A stretch of DNA of 35,027 bases from Flammeovirgaceae bacterium (GTDB taxonomy: Bacteria > Bacteroidota > Bacteroidia > Cytophagales > Cyclobacteriaceae). Every line of letters starts with the position of its first letter. Position 1 is the stretch's first letter. Made by a program: the position numbers and the translations under genes. The notes under the pieces were generated by a model. That model saw only the letters and a list, made by a program, of their open reading frames with translations. It did no database searches and was not told the origin of the DNA. The stretch spans positions 1 through 35,027 of the forward strand of contig JBIQJZ010000003.1 in the NCBI GenBank assembly GCA_044507115.1, read 5' to 3'. Below are positions 28,766 through 35,027 of this stretch, in pieces.

Positions 28766-29206
28766 ATGGAACTGACCTACAAGACTATCGCCGACGCGGA
28801 GAACTTCGAGAAGTTTCGCGCACTACTGATTTCCTCGGGGCTCCCTGCCGAAGGCCTGGACTTCAACAGGGACCTTCTGCTCGGCTACTTCGAGGGAGAT
28901 GAGCTGGTGGGCACTGGCGGCCTGGAGATTTACGAACCTTACGCACTCCTGCGCTCGCTGGCAGTAAAAACGGATATTCGCGGCAAGGCGGTCGGATCTA
29001 CCATCACGGAATACCTGCTCAAAGAAGCAAAGAAGCGCGGTCTGAAGGCGATCTTTCTCCTGACCGGAACCGCCCGCGGATTTTTTCAACGAAAAGGATT
29101 TGTCGACGTTCCCCGCAGCACCGTCCCGGACGAAGTTCGGAAGTCGCGGGAGTTTGCAGAACTCTCCGCGGAATCAGCGAACGTGATGGCACTGGCGTTG
29201 TCCTGA
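28766..29206 (+). CDS. GNAT N-acetyltransferase (ArsN2-like)
   Basis: LISSGLP, LVGTGGLE, ALLRSLAV...RGKAVG, IFLLTGTARGFFQRKGF, VPDEVRKSREF. Confidence 0.8.
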   Translation: MELTYKTIADAENFEKFRALLISSGLPAEGLDFNRDLLLGYFEGDELVGTGGLEIYEPYALLRSLAVKTDIRGKAVGSTITEYLLKEAKKRGLKAIFLLTGTARGFFQRKGFVDVPRSTVPDEVRKSREFAELSAESANVMALALS

Positions 29207-29264
29207 CGCAGGGCAAGGAATCATTTATTTTGCCGTCTTCAAAAACTCGTGTCACGGGTTTTCT

Positions 29265-29272
29265 TACCTTTG
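29265..29272 (+). promoter_or_regulatory. Bacteroidota -7 promoter element for serA
   Basis: TACCTTTG, 17 nt before ATG 29290. Confidence 0.7.
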
Positions 29273-29289
29273 CGCTTCACCAGTCAGCC

Positions 29290-31182
29290 ATGAAGTTCAA
29301 TAAGTATTTCGTAATCGATTTCGATAGCACATTTACCAAAGTTGAAGCATTTGATGTCCTGGCAGACATCTCTCTAAGGGAACATCCCGATCGCGAAAAA
29401 CGCAAGCAGCAAATCCACGAAATTACAAACCGGGGCATGGATGGCTCGATTTCCCTCCGTGAATCGCTCGAACAACGACTGCAACTCCTCGCTCCCTCAC
29501 GCCAGCACCTCGGCCCATTAGTGCAGGAACTGAAGAGGAGCGTTTCAGAATCATTCAAACGGAACAAGGAGTTTTTCCAGAAATACTCCGACAACATCTT
29601 CATCATTTCAAACGGGTTCAAAGAATTCATCGAACCGATCGTCACCGAGTTCGGGATCAAACCGGAGAACATCCTCGCGAATGAATTCCGGTTCGACGAG
29701 CAGGGGAAGGTAATAGGCTTCGATGTCGACAATCCCTTATCTGCCAACGGTGGAAAGGTAGAACAGTTAAGGAAACTGAATCTTCCCGGCGATGTCTACG
29801 TTATTGGCGACGGCTATACGGACTACGAGATCAAACACGCTGGTCTCGCTAACAAGTTCTACGCGTTTACGGAGAATGTTGAACGTGAGAATGTCAAAAG
29901 TAAGGCCGACCACATTGCACCAAGTCTCGACGAATTTCTATATCTGAATAAATTGAATACAGCCACCTCCTATCCCAAGAACCGGATCAATGTTCTTTTG
30001 CTAGAGAACGTGCATCCCATTGCAGTCGAATTGCTAAAGGCAGAAGGCTTCAACGTTGAGACCTACAAGGCTGCGTTGTCAGAAGAAGAGCTTTGCGAAC
30101 GCATCCGAAACGTGTCGGTCCTTGGAATCCGCTCAAAGACCCAGGTAACAGCCAAGGTTCTGGAGAATGCAAATCGCCTGATGACGATCGGGGCATTCTG
30201 CATTGGCACAAATCAAATTGACTTGCGCGAAGCGACGAAGAGGGGTGTGGCCGTTTTTAACGCACCATTTAGCAACACGCGGTCTGTGGTGGAGCTCGCA
30301 GCTGCAGAAATGGTTGTGTTAATGCGGAACATCGTCGACAAATCCGTTAAGATGCATCAGGGCAAATGGGAGAAGTCGGCGAAAGGAAGCTTTGAAGTCC
30401 GGGGCAAGATACTCGGGCTGATCGGGTATGGAAATATCGGCACGCAGCTTTCGGTATTAGCCGAATCTATGGGGATGAAGGTGATGTACTACGATATTGA
30501 AGAACGGCTTTCCCTTGGAAATGCGGTGCGGTGCAAGACGATGAAGGAGGTCCTGGAGAATGCAGATGTCGTGTCCCTTCACGTAGACGGACGGAAATCC
30601 AATGCCAACATGATCGGTCGCCAGGAATTCGACCTCATGAAGAAAGGCGTCATCTTCATCAACCTCAGCCGCGGCCACGTCGTGGATATCTCCGCCTTGA
30701 AGGAAAGTATCCTCGCGGGCAAGATTGCCGGATGCGCGATCGACGTCTTCCCACAAGAGCCTGCGAGCAACGATGAAGAGTTTATCTCTGAGTTGCGCGG
30801 TTTGCCCAACACCATCCTCACTCCACACATCGGTGGAAGTACGCTTGAAGCGCAGGAGAATATTGGAAATTTTGTTCCCGGAAAGATTATGGATTACATC
30901 AACACGGGCAGTACCTCCAACAGCGTCAACTTTCCGAATTTGACGTTACCAATTCTGGAGAACGCGCACCGTCTCATTCACATCCACAACAACGTACCTG
31001 GAATTCTGGCCCGTATCAACCAAGTACTCGCTGACACCGGCATTAACATCGTAGGTCAGTATCTGAAGACCAACGAATCAATCGGCTACGTGATCACTGA
31101 CATCGACAAGAACTATGACAAAGAAGTGATCAGTCGACTCCGGGAGATCGAGCACACGATCAAGTTCAGAATGCTGTACTAA
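29290..31182 (+). CDS. serA: HAD phosphatase (SerB-like) fused to D-3-phosphoglycerate dehydrogenase with ACT domain
   Basis: HAD motifs IDFDSTF, IISNGF, GK, IGDGYTD; PGDH motifs GIRSKT, AFCIGTNQ, NAPFSNTRSVVE, GLIGYGNIG, INLSRG, TPHIGGST; ACT HIHNNVPGIL. Start ATG 29290. Confidence 0.96.
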   Translation: MKFNKYFVIDFDSTFTKVEAFDVLADISLREHPDREKRKQQIHEITNRGMDGSISLRESLEQRLQLLAPSRQHLGPLVQELKRSVSESFKRNKEFFQKYSDNIFIISNGFKEFIEPIVTEFGIKPENILANEFRFDEQGKVIGFDVDNPLSANGGKVEQLRKLNLPGDVYVIGDGYTDYEIKHAGLANKFYAFTENVERENVKSKADHIAPSLDEFLYLNKLNTATSYPKNRINVLLLENVHPIAVELLKAEGFNVETYKAALSEEELCERIRNVSVLGIRSKTQVTAKVLENANRLMTIGAFCIGTNQIDLREATKRGVAVFNAPFSNTRSVVELAAAEMVVLMRNIVDKSVKMHQGKWEKSAKGSFEVRGKILGLIGYGNIGTQLSVLAESMGMKVMYYDIEERLSLGNAVRCKTMKEVLENADVVSLHVDGRKSNANMIGRQEFDLMKKGVIFINLSRGHVVDISALKESILAGKIAGCAIDVFPQEPASNDEEFISELRGLPNTILTPHIGGSTLEAQENIGNFVPGKIMDYINTGSTSNSVNFPNLTLPILENAHRLIHIHNNVPGILARINQVLADTGINIVGQYLKTNESIGYVITDIDKNYDKEVISRLREIEHTIKFRMLY

Positions 31183-31191
31183 TCAGGAAGG

Positions 31192-31225
31192 AAAAAGAAC
31201 CCACTGGATTTGGTGAGGTGTTTCT
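31192..31225 (-). terminator. Putative intrinsic terminator for the minus-strand RNA, facing the serA 3' end
   Basis: The minus strand reads AGAAACACCUCAC-caaaucca-GUGGGUUCU-UUUU, an imperfect stem followed by a U-tract. Confidence 0.45.
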
Positions 31226-31372
31226 GAACCTCATACCAGACAAGTTTTGAGCTGCCTTCCTTCGCAATCTTCTTCTGTTAACCTGCTTTTTGGGCGAGGC
31301 CCCGAGTAATCGGGGTGAGGCCTGATTTTGAAAGAACGCTTCACTCGGCAATTGTTAATTTGTTAGGTTCAG
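31224..31372 (-). ncRNA. Rod-shaped structured RNA, candidate 6S RNA
   Basis: Ends pair (CUGAACCU/AGGUUCAG), followed by nested stems ACAA/UUGU, UUGCC/GGCAG, GCGUUCUUUC/GAAGAAGAUUGC, AAUC/GGUU, GGC/GCC and apical CCCCGA-uuac-UCGGGG, with internal bubbles. G-U pairs favour the minus strand. Promoter-like CACGTTTG at 31373-31380. Confidence 0.6.
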
Positions 31373-31475
31373 CAAACGTGTCCCAAATCCGAGTGGGATT
31401 TCTTTAGTACGAAGCTAGAAAAAAGGCTCCACACATCAATCTTGCTAAAATTGTATTTTTTCCGTAAGCATCTTA

Positions 31476-31483
31476 TAGTTTTG
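31476..31483 (+). promoter_or_regulatory. Bacteroidota -7 promoter element for serC
   Basis: TAGTTTTG, 9 nt before ATG 31493. Confidence 0.65.
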
Positions 31484-31492
31484 CATCGCACT

Positions 31493-32575
31493 ATGGAACA
31501 TCAAGTTAACTTCACACCGGGGCCTTCCCAGTTGTACTTTACTGCGGCCGACCACGCCCGCCAGGCTTTTCGCGATGGAATTCCTTCCCTATCACATCGC
31601 AGCAAACAGTTTGAACAAATCAGCCGCGATGCCACCGAAGGTCTCCGCGAACTGTTGCGACTTCCGGATAGTCATTCAATTTTCTTTACCGGATCAGCAA
31701 CAGAAATCTGGGAACGCATCTTCCAAAACCTGGTCGGAGAAACATCCTTCCATTTAGTCAACGGTTCTTTCTCCAAAAGATTTTATGAAGTCGGACTTCA
31801 ACTGAATAAACGTGCGGAAAAAATTGAAGTTCCAGCGGGGCAGGGATTTGACGGCACAATACCTATCCCCAAAACCACTGAACTTATTGCCGTTACACAA
31901 AATGAGACGAGCACGGGCGTTTCGATTCCTCTCGACGTTATCGTAGAACTTCGACGGACGTATCCGGAAGCACTGATCGCTGTGGATGCGGTGTCCTCCC
32001 TTCCCTACCCCGACTTCGATCTGACCTCACTCGATACGCTGTTCTTCTCGGTCCAAAAAGGATTTGGCCTACCGGCCGGACTTGGCATCTGGGTCGTGAA
32101 TGAAAGGTGCATCGCTAAGTCGGAAGCGCTGATGGCAGCGGGCGTTTCGACCGGGTCGTATCACAATATTGCTACGTTGCTCGCACACGCAAGGAAGCAT
32201 CAGACACCCGAGACGCCTAATGTCCTCGGCATTTACCTGCTCGGGCGCATAGTGGCCGATTTTCTCAGAAGAGGTATTGACAATATCCGCAAGGAGACTG
32301 ACTACAAAGCAGCCGTCCTGTACCATGCGCTGGAAAGCACGCCGGGACTCGAGGCATTTGTCGCGGATAAGAAATTCCGCTCGAAGACAGTGATCGTAGC
32401 GAATTCAGGAGCCAACACTTCTGACCTGGCCGCATTCCTGTCAACTCGTGGATTGCACGCAGGTGACGGGTACGGACCGGCTAAGAAGACACAGCTGCGT
32501 TTTGCGAACTTCCCCGCACATTCGAAAGAGCAGTATGAGCTCCTGGCGGACACGTTGAAGGAATTTCGCCGCTGA
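31493..32575 (+). CDS. serC: Class V PLP aminotransferase, probable phosphoserine aminotransferase
   Basis: NFTPGPSQ, SHRS, GSATEIW, NETSTGV, VDAVSS, PLP lysine in FSVQKGFGLPAGLG, TPETPN; next to serA. Start ATG 31493. Confidence 0.85.
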   Translation: MEHQVNFTPGPSQLYFTAADHARQAFRDGIPSLSHRSKQFEQISRDATEGLRELLRLPDSHSIFFTGSATEIWERIFQNLVGETSFHLVNGSFSKRFYEVGLQLNKRAEKIEVPAGQGFDGTIPIPKTTELIAVTQNETSTGVSIPLDVIVELRRTYPEALIAVDAVSSLPYPDFDLTSLDTLFFSVQKGFGLPAGLGIWVVNERCIAKSEALMAAGVSTGSYHNIATLLAHARKHQTPETPNVLGIYLLGRIVADFLRRGIDNIRKETDYKAAVLYHALESTPGLEAFVADKKFRSKTVIVANSGANTSDLAAFLSTRGLHAGDGYGPAKKTQLRFANFPAHSKEQYELLADTLKEFRR

Positions 32576-32586
32576 CAACCGGGCCG

Positions 32587-32615
32587 TTAAACCTTTGTGC
32601 GGTGGATTTGTCAAA
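32587..32615 (+). promoter_or_regulatory. Putative ECF sigma promoter, copy 1
   Basis: TTAAACCTT-N15-TCAAA upstream of the ECF gene; the same motif and spacing recur at 33177. Confidence 0.55.
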
Positions 32616-32640
32616 GATTTCAGGTTTGGAACTTGACTAA

Positions 32641-33180
32641 TTGGAAGACCACGAACTTCTTCAGAAGATTCAGAACCCGGCGACGCAAAGCTACGGGTTC
32701 AACCTCCTGGTGCGTAAGTACCAGCAGAGAATCTATTGGCTGATTCGCAAGATGGTGATTGATCACGATGATGCCAATGATCTCACCCAAGAGGTCTTTA
32801 TTAAGGTGTACAACCACCTGCACACGTTTCGGAGCGACTCCCGGCTCTATACCTGGATTTACCGGATCGCCACCAACGAGTGCCTGAACTTCCTCGCGCG
32901 AAAGAAACGAAAATTCTTCCTCCCAATTGCCGATGTACAGCGCGAGCTGACGGACAAACTTACCGCTGCTCCCCACATGAGCGGTGACGAGGTGCAACTT
33001 CGACTGCAAAAAGCGTTGCTGCGATTACCGGACAAACAACGACTTGTTTTCAACATGAAATACTACGACGAACTCAGTTATGAAGAGATTGCAGCAATTA
33101 CGAGTACCAGTGTCGGTGCCCTAAAAGCGAGTTATCACCTCGCAGTGAAAAAGATTGAACAATTCCTGGAAAATGATTAA
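32641..33180 (+). CDS. ECF-family RNA polymerase sigma factor
   Basis: Region 2 DANDLTQEVFIKVY...FRSDSRLYTWIYRIATN; region 4 LPDKQRLVF...SYEEIA...SVGALKASYH; TTG start. Confidence 0.95.
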   Translation: MEDHELLQKIQNPATQSYGFNLLVRKYQQRIYWLIRKMVIDHDDANDLTQEVFIKVYNHLHTFRSDSRLYTWIYRIATNECLNFLARKKRKFFLPIADVQRELTDKLTAAPHMSGDEVQLRLQKALLRLPDKQRLVFNMKYYDELSYEEIAAITSTSVGALKASYHLAVKKIEQFLEND

Positions 33181-33205
33181 ACCTTCCCGACTGGGAATGA
33201 TCTAA
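33177..33205 (+). promoter_or_regulatory. Putative ECF sigma promoter, copy 2, in front of the anti-sigma gene
   Basis: TTAAACCTT-N15-TCTAA overlapping the sigma stop codon. Confidence 0.55.
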
Positions 33206-33212
33206 CAAACAT

Positions 33213-33587
33213 ATGAGCCGACTTGACGATATTCCTAAAAAAAATTTCTTCCAGGTACCGGAAGACTACTTTCAACGGCTACCATCGGAGATTCAGATGC
33301 GCGTGGCTTCCAGGCGGCGATCGCCTGTCCGCATCATTATGCTTCGCTACGCACTTCCAGTCGTTCTGCTGGCTGCTGCTGTAGTTTTCTTTTATCGTCC
33401 CGGAACCGGAACGAATGCCGAGGCTATCCTGGCATCAGTCGATCCGGTTGAACTTATCGAATATCTTCACGATACAGGAATGAGCACGGACGAGATCCTG
33501 GAAAACGTTGAGCTGACTCCGGAAGAACTTGACGCGCTTGAAGATGAAGTGTACGTCGACACCAACTCCGAAACATCAAGACCATGA
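33213..33587 (+). CDS. Single-TM protein, putative anti-sigma factor
   Basis: N-terminal FQVPEDYF motif, TM YALPVVLLAAAVVFFY, acidic C-terminus; directly after the ECF gene. Confidence 0.65.
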   Translation: MSRLDDIPKKNFFQVPEDYFQRLPSEIQMRVASRRRSPVRIIMLRYALPVVLLAAAVVFFYRPGTGTNAEAILASVDPVELIEYLHDTGMSTDEILENVELTPEELDALEDEVYVDTNSETSRP

Positions 33588-34024
33588 AACGCAGGCTGAT
33601 AATTCTCGTGTTGTACTTACTCCCAATCGGGCTGGCAGCCCAGGATGTGGGACCTACCAACCCACGCGACCCCGCGGCGCGCGAAAAAATAAAGGCCGCT
33701 CATACCGCCTTCATCACGCAACAGCTGGGTCTGACACCTGAGGAGTCGGAGAAATTTTGGCCTGTGTATCGGGACTACAATGAAAAACGCCGAGACCTCC
33801 GCCAGGAGATACGCGCCGAGCGCAAAACGCAGATAAAGGACGAAGAAGTAATCGCGCGCGACCTCGAGTTAAAGCAAAAAGAACTCGACCTCGAACGGGA
33901 GTATATGACGAAACTCGGAAGAATTATTCCGGCGGAAAAGCTGGTCAAGTTGCGCGATGCTGAGTTCGAATTCCGCAGGCTTATTTTCAGACAGATCCAA
34001 CAGCACCGTCGCCAGCGAAGATAG
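33584..34024 (+). CDS. Periplasmic helical protein (Spy/CpxP-like), probable ECF-module accessory
   Basis: Signal peptide, KIKAAHTAFITQQLGLTPEESEKFWPVY, charged helices; ATGA overlap with the previous gene. Confidence 0.7.
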   Translation: MKRRLIILVLYLLPIGLAAQDVGPTNPRDPAAREKIKAAHTAFITQQLGLTPEESEKFWPVYRDYNEKRRDLRQEIRAERKTQIKDEEVIARDLELKQKELDLEREYMTKLGRIIPAEKLVKLRDAEFEFRRLIFRQIQQHRRQRR

Positions 34025-34087
34025 CGAGCGTGCTCTTAGATTTTTGAGATTAAAATCAATAATTTGCACGGAATAAACACTTATTCT

Positions 34088-35027
34088 ATGCAACGGATCG
34101 CGCTCTCTGCAACGCTGATAATAATCGCTCTTACGTACGGTGCCGCACAGGATTTCCGCTGGCAGCAGCGAGTGGAATATGAAATGAACGTTCAGCTGGA
34201 CGTCACCACGCACAAACTGCACGGCACACAAAAGCTCACGTACTACAACAACTCGCGTGACACCCTGTCAAAAATATACTATCACCTTTACTTCAATGCA
34301 TTTCAGCCGGGGAGCATGATGGACGTGCGCTCCCGAACCATCGCGGACCCCGACCCACGCGTAGGTGACAGGATCGCGCACCTGAAGGATGATGAAATCG
34401 GTTACCAGCGCGTCCAGAGTCTTCGCCAGGACGGACGCGACGTGGCGTTCCATACGACGGGTACAATCCTCGAGGTCACGCTTAAGAAACCGCTGCTGCC
34501 GTCGACCAAGACGGTTCTTCAGATGCAGTTCGAGGCACAAGTCCCGCTTCAGATACGCAGGTCCGGTCGAAACAGTAAGGAGGGTATTGCCTATTCAATG
34601 ACGCAGTGGTACCCGAAGATCGCGGAGTACGATCATCTCGGATGGCACGCTTACCCATACATTGCGCGAGAGTTTCACGGAGTATGGGGTGACTACGATG
34701 TAAGGATCACCCTGGATCCGCGGTACGTGGTAGGTGGCACCGGAGTTCTCCAGAACCCGGAACGCGTCGGACACGGCTATGAGAAACCCGGGACTACCGT
34801 CAAGCGCCCCGAGGGTAATCTTGTATGGCACTTCGTCGCGCGAAATGTCCACGATTTTGCGTGGGCAGCAGACCCCGATTACCAACACGAGATCGCACAG
34901 GTCCCGAATGGCCCCGAACTTCATTTCTTCTATCAGCCGGGAGATAAAACGACGGCTAATTGGACACGGCTGAAGGATTTTGCCGTGCACCATTTCCAGT
35001 TCATGAACGAGCGGTATGGGAAATATC
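34088..35027 (+). CDS. M1 family metallopeptidase, 5' part (runs off the right edge)
   Basis: Not in the ORF track. Manual translation from ATG 34088: MQRIALSATLIIIALTYGAAQDFRWQQRVEYEM...YYNNSRDTL...YHLYFNAFQPGS...QWYPKIAEYD...WGDYDVKI...NVHDFAWAAD...RYGKY, open to the end; HEXXH would lie beyond the window. Confidence 0.88.
   Translation, partial: MQRIALSATLIIIALTYGAAQDFRWQQRVEYEMNVQLDVTTHKLHGTQKLTYYNNSRDTLSKIYYHLYFNAFQPGSMMDVRSRTIADPDPRVGDRIAHLKDDEIGYQRVQSLRQDGRDVAFHTTGTILEVTLKKPLLPSTKTVLQMQFEAQVPLQIRRSGRNSKEGIAYSMTQWYPKIAEYDHLGWHAYPYIAREFHGVWGDYDVRITLDPRYVVGGTGVLQNPERVGHGYEKPGTTVKRPEGNLVWHFVARNVHDFAWAADPDYQHEIAQVPNGPELHFFYQPGDKTTANWTRLKDFAVHHFQFMNERYGKY

Noticed and set aside
31250-31290. 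GAAGGAAGGCAGC on the minus strand resembling SRP RNA domain IV
   Set aside because: Lacks the CAGG-stem-GNRA-stem-AGCAG hairpin; these bases pair long-range within the rod instead.
31166-31351. 61-aa minus-strand ORF in the serA-serC gap
   Set aside because: TTG start, no motifs, overlaps the serA end; end-to-end base pairing explains the region better. A small peptide is not strictly excluded.
34268-34993. Short ORFs listed near the right edge
   Set aside because: Explained as shadows of the unlisted M1 peptidase frame starting at 34088.

Overview
Chromosomal window from a Bacteroidota bacterium, probably Cytophagales. This is inferred from TAnnTTTG promoter boxes, A-rich start contexts without Shine-Dalgarno sequences, a HAD-SerA fusion, a split transketolase, and DUF5686 and PorT-like proteins. 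Most of it is housekeeping: thrS-infC-rpmI-rplT, etfBA-DUF151-trmH-sanA-DUF5686, dnaB, an Mpl-like ligase, a DEDDh exonuclease, M48/M23/M1 peptidases, bcp, two transketolase halves around a vWA gene, serA/serC and an ECF sigma module. No CRISPR array, tRNA, rRNA or transposase was seen. Four things stand out. (1) At 1-6965 a minus-strand cluster joins an effector-less, membrane-anchored nSTAND1 NTPase-TM-coiled-coil-WD40 protein to an outer-membrane beta-barrel, a propeller-like lipoprotein and a large secreted NIDO-like/Ig-repeat protein missing from the ORF track; this is a candidate trans-envelope NLR-like system. (2) A rod-shaped ~150-nt RNA with its own promoter-like box and terminator lies between serA and serC (6S-RNA-like). 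(3) A DnaA-box cluster sits upstream of dnaB where gene orientation flips (candidate oriC or DnaA-controlled promoter). (4) infC has a non-canonical, possibly frameshifted start. All calls come from reading motifs by eye; no searches were run.
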